From: an uncultured Actinomycetes bacterium
Lineage (GTDB): Bacteria > Actinomycetota > UBA4738 > HRBIN12
DNA length: 64,000 bases
Direction of reading: 5' to 3'
Assembly: GCA_963828885.1 (NCBI GenBank)
Contig: CAWHGC010000012.1
Location: 97,068-161,067 of the forward strand
This document shows positions 20,912 to 30,788 of this stretch, one piece after another. Within the stretch, counting starts at the first letter, position 1. Every line of letters begins with the position of its first letter. Below the pieces are notes generated by a model. The model was not told the origin of the DNA. It did not search any database and saw only the letters and a list, made by a program, of their open reading frames with translations. The position numbers and the translations under genes are program-made.

Positions 20912-21785
20912 TTAGGGCGTGCTCCCGGTCAAGCCCGCTGGTGTCGATCGTGGGCTTCAGCACCACGGCCACGTAATCGAGCGTGCTGAAGTCGACGGCC
21001 GGTCGCACGAAGACGAACGGCTCCGTGGTGCTGGTGGCCGGCACGTACCTGGAGACCTCTCCGATCGTGATACCGGGCGGATACAGCCCGTCCTGATACC
21101 CGTTCGTCTCCACGACCGCGCCCGGTTCGACCGGGACGCCCTCGTTGAGGAAGCTCATCTTCATGTCGGCGTCGCCCTGGCCCTCGACGAGGCCGGACTG
21201 CCGCGTGCCGGCCAGGCGCGCGGCCGTCGCCGCGTTCCGGTCGGTGATGAGCATGACGGTGCAGGCGTTCGCGGCGACATCGACGACGTGGCCGACCAGG
21301 CGCGCGCCGACGGGCCCGCCGGTGACGACCGGCATGTCGACCGCGATGCCGTCGGCGCTGCCGCGGTCGATCGTGATGACGTTCTCGAAGTTCGAGACGC
21401 CGGCGCTGATCACGAGGGCGTCGACGACCGGGTAGTCGATGCTGTTCTCGAGATCGAGGAGCTGCCGGAGGCGATCCACCTCGCCCTGCTGGGTGGTGCC
21501 CTGCTGGATCTGGGCGTTGGCGGCGGCGAGCTCCTTCGTCAGGCGGTCGTTCTCGGACGCCAGCGACGGCAGGTGCGCGACGCTGACGAAGAAGTTGCCG
21601 ATCGGGCGTGTGATGCTCGTCACCGCGTGCTGCAGGGGCGCCATCAGCGAGATCGAGGTCCGCCCGAGGCCGGCGAGCGGGCCCTCGGGGCCCTGCCGGT
21701 AGTCGAGCGTGATGACGGCGAGGGAGATCGAGACGAGCACGACGACCAGGAGCCGCGTGCGGCGAGGTCTGGGACGAACGACCAC
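20912..21785 (-). CDS. mreC: Rod shape-determining protein MreC (apparent +1 insertion in the last roughly 15 codons)
   Basis: The GTG at 21785 gives VVRPRPRRTRLLVVVLVSISLAVITLDY... A coiled-coil segment ENDRLTKELAAANAQIQ follows, then beta-rich domains. The annotated frame stays open through mreD, but the +1 frame ends ...PAGLTGSTP-TAA at 20912-20914, directly before the mreD start. Confidence 0.75.
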
Positions 21786-21793
21786 GAGCGCGG

Positions 21794-22879
21794 CTACCGG
21801 CGGCGGCTCGGGCTCACCAGGACACGCTGCAGGACCTCGAACTCCTCCAGGCACTTGCCGGAGCCCAGCACGACGGCCTGGAGCGGCGTGTCCGCGATCC
21901 GCACCGGCATGCCGGTCTCGTGGCGCAGCCGCTTGTCGAGGCCGCGCAGGAGCGCGCCGCCGCCGGTGAGGACGATGCCCCGGTCCATGATGTCGGCGGA
22001 GAGCTCGGGAGGGGTTCGGTCGAGCGTGGTCTTGATGGCGTCGATGATGGCGTTGACCGGCTCCTCGATCGCGCGGCGGATCTCCTCCGCGCTGATCGTG
22101 ATGGTCTTCGGCAGTCCGGAGACGAGGTCGCGGCCCTTGATCTCGGCGACCAGCTCTTCGGGCATCGGGAAGACGGAGGCGATCGCGAGCTTGATGGCCT
22201 CGGAGGTCCGCTCGCCGAGCAGCAGCGAGTACTCCTTCTTCACGTGCTGGATGATCGCCTCGTCGAGCTCGTCGCCGCCGATGCGGATGCTGGTCGACGT
22301 CACGATGCCGCCGAGCGAGATGACGGCGACCTCGGTCGTGCCGCCGCCGATGTCGACGACCATGTTGCCGGTGGGCTCGTGGATCGGGAGTCCGGCGCCG
22401 ATCGCGGCCGCCATGGGCTCCTCGATGATGTACGCGCGGCGGGAGCCCGCCGCGATGGTTGCCTCCTCGACCGCGCGCTGCTCCACCCCGGTGATGCCGG
22501 AGGGGACGCAGACGACCACGCGCGGCTTCGCGAGCAGGCGACGCTTGTGCACACGCTGGATGAAGTAGCGGAGCATCTTCTCGGTGATGTCGAAGTCGGC
22601 GATCACGCCGTCCTTCAGCGGGCGGACGGCCTGGATGTGGCTCGGCGTGCGCCCGATCATCCGCTTGGCCTCGGCGCCGACGGCGAGCACGGCGCCGGTC
22701 AGCGTGTTGATGGCGACGACGGAGGGTTCGTTGAGGACCACGCCTCGTCCGCGTACGTAGACGAGCGTGTTGGCGGTTCCCAGGTCCACTGCCATGTCAC
22801 GACCTAGGAACCCCAGAACCCCTTCTGCGCCCTGGGGTTTGGGCGCTGGGGACGAGGATCGTTGAACCCGTTCGGCCAT
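21794..22879 (-). CDS. mreB: Rod shape-determining actin homologue MreB
   Basis: FLGRDMAVDLGTANTLVYVRGRGVVLNEPSVVA...DIGGGTTEVAVIS...LTGGGALLRGLD. The start is uncertain: an ATG at 22879, or nearer 22820. Confidence 0.9.
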   Translation of the reverse strand: MAERVQRSSSPAPKPQGAEGVLGFLGRDMAVDLGTANTLVYVRGRGVVLNEPSVVAINTLTGAVLAVGAEAKRMIGRTPSHIQAVRPLKDGVIADFDITEKMLRYFIQRVHKRRLLAKPRVVVCVPSGITGVEQRAVEEATIAAGSRRAYIIEEPMAAAIGAGLPIHEPTGNMVVDIGGGTTEVAVISLGGIVTSTSIRIGGDELDEAIIQHVKKEYSLLLGERTSEAIKLAIASVFPMPEELVAEIKGRDLVSGLPKTITISAEEIRRAIEEPVNAIIDAIKTTLDRTPPELSADIMDRGIVLTGGGALLRGLDKRLRHETGMPVRIADTPLQAVVLGSGKCLEEFEVLQRVLVSPSRRR

Positions 22880-23006
22880 GGGGCTCTGCACAGGTTCTAC
22901 CTGAGGGCGTCGCGCCTGGCAACCTGAGGCACGCGCGCACCGGTCGCGAGGTGCTGCGCTCTGCGGCAACAGCGTTGCATCGCCGGGGCCGCCGACATGG
23001 CACGCT

Positions 23007-23954
23007 ATGGCGATGTCCGATGCGTTGGGGGTCGCCGTCGTCTTCCCGGGGCAGGGCTCGCAGTTCGCCGGCATGGCCGACCCGTGGGTCGCGCATCCCG
23101 CCGGCCGCGAGGTCCTCGACGAGGCCTCGCGGGTGCTGGGGCGCGACCTCGTGGCCGACTGCCGCGACGAGGCGCTGCTCGCCACCACCGAGTTCGCGCA
23201 GCCGGCGCTGCTGGCGATCGACGTCGCCGCGTTCCGGGTGCTGGAGGCGTCCGGCGTGCGTGCGTGGGTCGGCGCCGCCGGGCACTCGCTGGGCGAGTTC
23301 GCCGCGCTCGTCGCGGCCGGCGTGCTGTCGTTCGCCGACGCGCTGCGGATCGTGGAGGTACGCGGACGCGAGATGCAGCGCGCGGGCGAGGAGCGCCCCG
23401 GCACGATGAGCGCGCTGCTCGGCGTCGGCGCCGCGGACGCCGCCGCGCTGTGCGACGAGGCGCGCGGCGACGACGTGCTGCTCGTCGCGAACGAGAACTC
23501 GCCGCAGCAGGTCGTGATCAGCGGCAGCGTCGCCGCGGTCGAACGCGCGGAGGCGCTGTGTGCCGAGCGGAAGATCCGCGCCGTGCGGCTGCGCGTCGCC
23601 GGCGCGTTCCACTCGCCGTTGATGGAGCCGGCGGTGGCGCCGCTGCGCGAGGCGATCGACGCCGCGACGTTCTCGGCGCCGCGGTTCCCCGTCGCGTCGA
23701 ACGTGACCGGCGCGCTCGTGAACGAGCCCGGCGAGATACGCGAGCTGCTCGCGCGCCACGTCGTGTCGCCGGTCCGGTGGGAGGCGTGCGCGCAGGCGTT
23801 GCGGACCGCCGGCGCCGAGGTCTTCCTCGAGGCCGGCCCCGGCGACGTCCTGACGAAGCTCGCGAAGCGGGTGGTGCCGGGGGCCACTGCGGCGGCCGTG
23901 GGCTCGCCCGACGCCGCGGCTGAAGCCGTGGCGGGTCTGGCCGCCGGAACGTAG
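23007..23954 (+). CDS. fabD: Malonyl-CoA:ACP transacylase
   Basis: VVFPGQGSQFAGM... and the active site GHSLGEFAAL. Confidence 0.92.
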   Translation: MAMSDALGVAVVFPGQGSQFAGMADPWVAHPAGREVLDEASRVLGRDLVADCRDEALLATTEFAQPALLAIDVAAFRVLEASGVRAWVGAAGHSLGEFAALVAAGVLSFADALRIVEVRGREMQRAGEERPGTMSALLGVGAADAAALCDEARGDDVLLVANENSPQQVVISGSVAAVERAEALCAERKIRAVRLRVAGAFHSPLMEPAVAPLREAIDAATFSAPRFPVASNVTGALVNEPGEIRELLARHVVSPVRWEACAQALRTAGAEVFLEAGPGDVLTKLAKRVVPGATAAAVGSPDAAAEAVAGLAAGT

Positions 23955-24026
23955 CAACGTCCTCACCGTGCCTGCGAGCTGCCCAGATCGCACGCCACGG
24001 CCTGCGGGGTCCGATATCCTCGCCTC

Positions 24027-25028
24027 GTGACACGGAACGCGACCATCACGGGGGTCGGGTCCGCGCTTCCGCCGCGCGCCGTCCCGAACACCTGGTTCGA
24101 GACCCAGATCGACACGTCCGACGAGTGGATCCGGGACCGCACCGGCATCGAGTCACGCCGGTTCGCCGACGAGGGCACGGTGACGTCGGACCTCGCGCTG
24201 GCGGCCGGGCGGGAGGCGCTCGACAGCGCCGGCGTGAGCCCCGAGCAGGTCGACATGATCGTCGTCGCCACGACCACCGGCGACATGCCCTTCCCCTCGA
24301 CGGCCGTGTGGACGCAGCGCAAGCTCGGCGTGACCTGCCCCGCCTTCGACGTGCAGGCCGCGTGCGCCGGCTTCTCGTACGGGCTGTCGACGGCCACCGC
24401 GTTCGTGACCTCGGGCATGGCCGACACCGTCCTGCTGATCGGCGCCGAGGTGTTCAGCCGGTTCCTGAACTTCACCGACCGCGGCACGAGCATCCTGTTC
24501 GGCGACGGAGCGGGAGCGACCGTGATCCAGGCCGTCGACCAGCCCGGCATCATCGGCACCACCCTCGGCGCCGACGGCACGGCGGCCGAGATCCTGTGGG
24601 TGCCCGGCGGTGGCTCGCGCGAGCCGGCCTCGCACGAGACCGTCGACGCGGCCCGGCACGCGATCGCGATGCCGAACGGACGCGAGGTCTTCAAGCGCGC
24701 CGTCACGGAGATGGCGGCCGCCTGCCGCGAGCTGCTGGAGAAGTCCGGGTTCACGCCCGAGGACGTCGACCTGCTGATCCCCCACCAGGCGAACGCGCGC
24801 ATCATGGCGGCCGTCGCCGAACGCCTGCACGTCCCGGCCGACCGCGCCGTCATCGACGTCGCCGAGGTCGGCAACACCTCGGCCGCGTCGATCCCGATCG
24901 CGCTGGACCGAGCGTGGCGCGCCGGACGCATCCGCGAGGGCGACCTCGTGCTGTTCACGTCGTTCGGCGCCGGTCTCACGTGGGGGGCGTCGCTCGTTCG
25001 CTGGACGATGTCGGAGCCGAGCGCATGA
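24027..25028 (+). CDS. fabH: 3-oxoacyl-ACP synthase III
   Basis: ...PAFDVQAACAGFSYGL...HQANARI...GNTSAASIP. Confidence 0.92.
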   Translation: MTRNATITGVGSALPPRAVPNTWFETQIDTSDEWIRDRTGIESRRFADEGTVTSDLALAAGREALDSAGVSPEQVDMIVVATTTGDMPFPSTAVWTQRKLGVTCPAFDVQAACAGFSYGLSTATAFVTSGMADTVLLIGAEVFSRFLNFTDRGTSILFGDGAGATVIQAVDQPGIIGTTLGADGTAAEILWVPGGGSREPASHETVDAARHAIAMPNGREVFKRAVTEMAAACRELLEKSGFTPEDVDLLIPHQANARIMAAVAERLHVPADRAVIDVAEVGNTSAASIPIALDRAWRAGRIREGDLVLFTSFGAGLTWGASLVRWTMSEPSA

Positions 25029-25766
25029 CCGACGTCACGTGTCGCCGTCGTCACCGGTGCGTCGCGAGGCATCGGGCTCGCGTGCAGCGTCGCCCTCGCC
25101 GAGGCGGGATGGCGCGTCGCGATCGGCTACCGCTCGAACGAGGCCGCAGCGAAGGAGGCCGTCACCGCCCTCGAGGCCGCCGGCACGCCGGGCCTCGCCG
25201 TGTTCCTCGACACCACCGACGAGGCCGTCGTGCAGGAGGCCTTCCGCCGCGTCACCGACGAGCTCGGCCCCGTCACCGGCCTGATCAACAACGCCGGCCT
25301 GAGCCAGGACGGCCTGCTGCTGAAGTACAAGATGGAGACGTTCGACCGCGTGATGGACACGAACGTGCGCGGGGCCTTCCTGTGCTCGAAGGCGGCCATG
25401 CGCAGCATGCTGAAGGAACGCTGGGGCCGGATGGTCAACATGAGCTCGGCGGTGGCGCTGCGCGGCAACGCCGGCCAGACGGTCTACGCCGCAACCAAGA
25501 CGGCGTTGGTCGGTCTCACCAAGTCGCTGGCCCGCGAGGTCGGCGCCAAGGGCATCACCGTGAACGCGGTGTGCCCGGGTCTGGTCGACACCGAGATGAC
25601 GAGCCATCTCACCGACGCCGCTCGCGCCTACTACGTCGACCAGACGCCGCTCGGGCGCACGGCCACGCTGCAGGAGGTCGCGGGCGTCGTCCGGTTCCTG
25701 ATGTCGGACGAGGCGTCGTACGTGAACGGCGCGGTGATCCCCGTCGACGGGGGTCTGACCGCATAG
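25025..25766 (+). CDS. fabG: 3-oxoacyl-ACP reductase (SDR), with an apparent extra base at about 25040
   Basis: The ATG at 25025 overlaps the fabH stop (ATGA) and reads MTDVT. One base later the frame reads [14 protein letters not shown]...NNAG...YAATKTA...PVDGG, which is the frame of ORF 25200..25766. That frame has no start codon before 25200. Confidence 0.88.
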
Positions 25767-25863
25767 CGCTGGTCGCAGCGGCGGCTCGCCCGTAGGGTGT
25801 CGAGCCGAGGAGCAGGGGAAGACAACCGGAGACGAGAGCCGGAAAGACGTGAAGGGAGACGGC

Positions 25864-26112
25864 ATGGACAGGTCGGAGATCGAGGCCCGGGTCAAGAAGG
25901 TCCTCGCGGAGCAGCTGGCGGTGGACGAGGCGCAGGTCGTGCCGGACGCCCGGTTCGCCGAGGACCTCAACGCGGACTCGCTCGACCTCGTGGAGGCGGT
26001 GCTCGCACTCGAGGAGGAGTGGAGCATCGAGATCCCCGAGGAGGAGATGGAGTCGGTGAAGACCGTGGGCGGAGCGATCGACCTCGTCGCCTCGAAGGTC
26101 GGCGCCGCCTGA
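25864..26112 (+). CDS. acpP: Acyl carrier protein
   Basis: The ATG at 25864 lies 5 nt after AAGGGAG. The phosphopantetheine site [10 protein letters not shown] is present. Confidence 0.92.
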   Translation: MDRSEIEARVKKVLAEQLAVDEAQVVPDARFAEDLNADSLDLVEAVLALEEEWSIEIPEEEMESVKTVGGAIDLVASKVGAA

Positions 26113-26190
26113 CGCCGGCCGCACCCCCTTCCCGAGCGGCGCCTCCCGCGAGGTGGGCGCCGCAGGATGAGCGGAGGAGTTGAGCCCGAC

Positions 26191-27424
26191 ATGAGCGAGC
26201 AGCGCAGGGCCGTCGTCACCGGCATCGGACCCGTCACGCCCGTCGGGATCGGCGTGGATGCGTTCTGGGCCGGCATGGTCGGCGGCCGCAACGGCATCCG
26301 CACGATCACCCGCTTCCCGATCGACGACCTGCCGGTCACGCTCGCCGGCGAGGTGGAGGGGTTCGAGCCGTCGGAGTTCATGGACACGAAGGAGGCGCGC
26401 CGCACCGACCGGTTCACGCAGTTCGGCCTGGCCTCGGCGCAGCTCGCCTGGCAGGACGCCGGCTCGCCCGAGGTCGTGGCGGAGCGCGGCGGCGTGATCT
26501 TCGCGACCGGCATCGGCGGTATCGAGACGCTGCTCACGCAGCACTCCGTGCTGCTGGAGAAGGGTCCCGGACGGGTCTCGCCGTTCATGGTGCCGATGCT
26601 GATGGCGAACGCGCCGGCCGGGCACATCGCGATGCGGTACGGGCTCACCGGCGCCAACTTCGCCACGATCTCGGCCTGCTCGTCCAGCAACCACGCCCTG
26701 TTCGAGGCGCTGCGCCTGATCCGCTCCGGCACCCTGGACCTGGTCGTGGCCGGCGGATCGGAGTCGGCGACGCTGCCGCTGACGGTCGCGGCGTTCTCGC
26801 AGATGACGGCGCTGACGAAGAACCCCGATCCGGAGACGGCCTCCCGGCCGTTCGACGCGGATCGCGACGGCTTCGTGCTGTCGGAGGGCGCCGTCGCGCT
26901 GATCGTGGAGAGCGAGGAGCGCGCGCTCGCCCGTGGCGCTCGCATCTACTGCGAGCTCGCCGGTGCCGGCGCCAGCGACGACGCCTTCCACATCACGGCG
27001 CCCGACCCGAAGGGCTCCGGCGCCGCGCTCGCCATGCGATGGGCGCTCGATGACGCCGGCGCCGAGCCGGGCTGACGTGACGTACATCAACGCGCACGGG
27101 ACCTCGACGCCGCTGAACGACGCGGCCGAGAGCGCCGCCATCAAGGGCGTGCTGGGCGACCACGCGAGGGACGTGGCGGTGTCGTCGACGAAGTCGATGA
27201 CGGGCCACATGCTCGGCGCGGCCGGAGCGACCGAGGCGGCCGTCTGCGCCATGGCCATCGCGGACGGGAAGATCCCGCCGACGATCCACTACGCCACGCC
27301 CGATCCCGAGTGCGACCTCGACGTGACACCGAACGTGGCGCGCGACCTGGACGTCACGTTCGCGCTGTCGAACTCGTTCGGGTTCGGCGGTCACAACGCC
27401 TGCGTGGCGTTCCGCAAGATCTAG
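26191..27424 (+). CDS. fabF: 3-oxoacyl-ACP synthase II, with an apparent extra base at about 27070
   Basis: ORF 26167..27075 contains the active-site Cys motif [10 protein letters not shown] and ends ...DAGAEPG-stop. ORF 26933..27424 continues as [16 protein letters not shown]...GHMLGAAG...FGFGGHNA. Confidence 0.9.
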
Positions 27425-27429
27425 CGCCG

Positions 27430-29089
27430 TCAGTCCATGAAGCTGCGCGCGTAGCTCACGGCGTTGTACTCGGCGAACTGCACCCGGTCGCCCACCACGG
27501 TGTCGAACCGGACGCGATCGGGGCTGTGCTCCTCGCCGACCCGCCACTCGCTCTCGTCGAGCCGGGTGAGCGGTGCCTCGTCGCTGGGCGTCGCGAGCCA
27601 CAGCCGCCCGGCGCGGACGAACACGCGGAACCCGGGCGACCACGGGTTCCAGTTGCGGTAGGTGCCGACGATCTGATCCGCTCCGACCGGGGGTCTGGCC
27701 TCGGGCGTTGCGCGGGCGCCGGCGGCGAGGTACCGCGAGGGACCGTGCGTGAGCGCGACGACCGTGCCGTCGCGGCCGCGCTCGATCCCCAGCGCGAAGC
27801 GATCCATGTGCGCGCAGCGGCACCGCGAACCCGGGCTCGCCGTCGTGGGACTCCCAGAGCTCGCCGAGCGGCTCGAGCGTCACCTCGCCGTCGCCCGAGC
27901 CGTCGCCGAACAGGGCGACGAGCCGGCCGTCGTCGTCCTTCAGCAGGAACGAGGATCCGTCGGCGGCCGCGTACTCGCCGGCGAGCTCCGCGGCCAGCGG
28001 TGTCGCCAGTGGATCGGGCGCCGGCGGGACCGCCGGCAGCCGCTCCCCCGCCACGTGCGCGCGCGCCGCGTCCAGCGCGAACCGCACGCTGGGCTCGCGC
28101 TCGCCGTGTCCGTTCACCATCATGGCGGCGGCGACGCCCGTGTCCATGTCGCACCAGAGCAGCGCGTAGTGGCCGACCATGCCGCCCGCGTGTCCGATGT
28201 GAGCGCGCCCGTCCACCTCGAACACATCGAGTGCGTACCCGTAGGCGACGCCGTGGTCGCCCGTGTCGGTCATGTGGGGCGTCGTCATCAGGGCGAAGCT
28301 CTCCTCCGACAGCAGCCGGCCGCCGGGATGGGCGCCGCGGTTCAGCAGCATCCGCGCGTACGCCGCCATGTCCTTCGCCGTCGAGATGATGCTGCCGTCG
28401 GCCGTGCGGCTGATCGAGATGGGCGCGCGCACGAGCAGGCGCCCGCGGTGCGACGGGCGGTCGTTCGCCTCGCGCTGATGGGGCGTCGCGATGTCGGCCG
28501 CCGTGTCGTAGGTGATCTCGGGGTCCGTGCGGTCCATGCCAAGGGGCGCCAGGACACGCTCGCGCAGCATGTCGGGCCAGGGCTTCCCTCCGATCGTCTC
28601 CAGGATCAGCCCCAGCAGTTTGTAGCCGTCGTTCGAGTACCGGAACCGCTCGCCCGGAGCGGATCCCACCGATGTGCCGCGGAGCGACCACACCGGCGGC
28701 ACGGCGTCGTCGGCGAAGTCCATGCCCATGATGAGGCCTGCCGAGTGCGTGAGCAGGTGGTGCACCGAGATGGGCCCGAACGACGAGCGGACCTCGAACC
28801 AGGGCACGTAGTCCGTCACGGACACGTGCAGGTCGAGGAGACCGGCCTCGACGAGCTGCATGGCGACGATGGCCGCGAAGGACTTGCTGATGGAGCCGAT
28901 CTCGAACCGCGAGCCCTTCTTCACCTGCTCGCCCGTGAACGCGTCGCGCAGTCCCACCGGCACCGCACCGAGGAACCGCTCGCGGTCGGTGAGGCCGAGC
29001 ACCGCCCCCGGCGCGTCCAGCCAGCCCGGCCGCCGGGACTCCACGAACTCGCCGACACGGCGACGGAGCTCGGTTCGCTCGCCCATCAA
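27430..29089 (-). CDS. Serine hydrolase of the beta-lactamase/PBP4* family with a C-terminal extension. Apparent +1 insertion at about 27810.
   Basis: The motifs are SxxK (GSISKSF) and YxN (RYSNDGY). ORF 26993..29089 degenerates after ...[12 protein letters not shown] 27430..27807 continues as [21 protein letters not shown]... Confidence 0.8.
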
Positions 29090-29490
29090 CCGAAGAACAG
29101 CTTGAGCTCCCGGGCCGCGGACTCGGGCGAGTCGCTGCCGTGCACGATGTTCTCGCCGATCAGGGTGGCGAGATCCCCTCGGATCGAGCCCGGCGGCGCC
29201 TCGACCGGGTTCGTCGGACCCATCAGGGTCCGCCAGACCGCGACGGCCTGCTCGCCGCTGATCCGGGCCACCACGACCGGGCCGCCGGTGATGAAGTCGA
29301 CCAGTTCGCCGAAGAACGGCTTGTCGCGGTGCTCGCCGTAGTGCTCCTCGGCGGTGGCGCGGTCGATCGTGAACATGCGCATCTCGTCGATCGTGAGGCC
29401 CTTCGCTTCCACGCGGCGCAGCACCTCGCCGACGAGGCCGCGGCGAACACCGTCGGGCTTCACGATGAGCAGCGTCGATTCCGTGGCCAT
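29086..29490 (-). CDS. ndk: Nucleoside diphosphate kinase
   Basis: [18 protein letters not shown]...[12 protein letters not shown]. Confidence 0.95.
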   Translation of the reverse strand: MATESTLLIVKPDGVRRGLVGEVLRRVEAKGLTIDEMRMFTIDRATAEEHYGEHRDKPFFGELVDFITGGPVVVARISGEQAVAVWRTLMGPTNPVEAPPGSIRGDLATLIGENIVHGSDSPESAARELKLFFG

Positions 29491-29510
29491 GCGCAGGTTC
29501 TCCTACCGGC

Positions 29511-30788
29511 TCAGACGAGCGCCCGGCGGGCGTCCGCGACAGTGTACAGAGAGCCCGTCACCAGCACGCAGTCGCCGGGGTCGGCGGCCGCCGTCGCGGC
29601 GGCGAGCGCCTCCGTCACGCTGTCGAACAGCTCGACGGGCTTGCCCTCGGCGCCGAACCGCTCCGCGATCACCTCGGCCTCGCCGCTGCGGTCGCTGCCG
29701 TTGCGAGCGGCGTACGCGACGTCGGCGAGCGGCGCCAGCGGCCGGATCATCCCGTCGAGGTCCTTGTTGGCGCTGACCGCCAGCACCAGGTGCAGCCGGT
29801 CCCACGTGAAGAACTCGCGCATGGCGACGGCCAGCGCCTCGGCGCCGGCGGGGTTGTGCGCCCCGTCGAGGATGACGAGCGGCTGGCGGCGGATGACCTC
29901 GAGCCTGCCGGGCGAGGTGAGGCCGGCGAGGCCCTCGCGCACGGCGCCGATGCTCAACGCCTGGCCGAGCAGGGCCTCGAGGGCCGCGATGGCCGCCGCG
30001 ACGTTGCGCGCCGCGTGTTCGCCGAACATCGGCACGAACAGGTCGTCGTAGCTGGTGTACAGGCCGCGCACGGCCAGGGACTGACCGCCGACGGCAAGCA
30101 GCCGCCGGTCGACCTCGAAGTCCTCGAACTCGTGCTTCAGCTCGGCGCCGACCGCCGCCGCGCGCTCCGCGATGACGGCGCTCGCCGAGGCGAGCTGCTC
30201 GCGGACGATCGCGATCTTGCCCTCCTTGATGATGCCGGCCTTCTCGGTCGCCACCTCGGCGATCGTGGAGCCGAGCTCGGGATGGTCGAGCGCGATCGGG
30301 CAGATCACGCCGACGTCGCCGGCGACGAGGTTCGTCGCGTCCCACGTCCCGCCCATGCCCACCTCGTAGACGCCCAGCCCGACCGGCCGGTCGGCGAACC
30401 ACAGGTACGCGAGCGCCGTCAGCGCCTCGAAGTACGTCACCTGCTCCTCGCTCTGCGAGTCCACGAGCAGCAGGAACGGGAGCAGGTGCTCGTACTCGGC
30501 GGCGAACTCCTCGAGGGTCATGTCGACGCCGCACACCGAGAACCGTTCGGTGACGGACTCGAGGTGCGGCGACGTGTACAGCCCGGCGGTGATGCCGTGC
30601 GCGCACGCGAGCTCGGTGATCGCACGCGCCGTCGTGGTCTTGCCGTTCGTGCCGGTGACGTGGATCGTCGGGTACGAGAGCTGCGGGTCGTCCAGGAGCG
30701 TGGCGAGCTTCAGGATGCGCGCGAGGTCCGGCACCATCCGGGATTCCTTGCGACCCTCGAGCTCCGCCAGCGCCTCCGCGAACCGCAC
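29511..30788 (-). CDS. folC: Folylpolyglutamate synthase / dihydrofolate synthase
   Basis: The GTG at 30788 shares one base with the valS TAG stop. P-loop: HVTGTNGKTTTA. The Mur-ligase C-terminal motif ILDGAHNPAGAEAL is present. Confidence 0.9.
   Translation of the reverse strand: MRFAEALAELEGRKESRMVPDLARILKLATLLDDPQLSYPTIHVTGTNGKTTTARAITELACAHGITAGLYTSPHLESVTERFSVCGVDMTLEEFAAEYEHLLPFLLLVDSQSEEQVTYFEALTALAYLWFADRPVGLGVYEVGMGGTWDATNLVAGDVGVICPIALDHPELGSTIAEVATEKAGIIKEGKIAIVREQLASASAVIAERAAAVGAELKHEFEDFEVDRRLLAVGGQSLAVRGLYTSYDDLFVPMFGEHAARNVAAAIAALEALLGQALSIGAVREGLAGLTSPGRLEVIRRQPLVILDGAHNPAGAEALAVAMREFFTWDRLHLVLAVSANKDLDGMIRPLAPLADVAYAARNGSDRSGEAEVIAERFGAEGKPVELFDSVTEALAAATAAADPGDCVLVTGSLYTVADARRALV

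Noticed and set aside
22899-22929. A link between the ACCTGAGG repeats upstream of fabD and TetR operator O2 (GTGACCTGAGGTCAC), which contains the same 8-mer.
   Set aside because: The fabD-region copies lack the flanking GTG and CAC arms and the palindromic partner. An 8-mer is expected by chance a few times in 128 kb of two-strand sequence.
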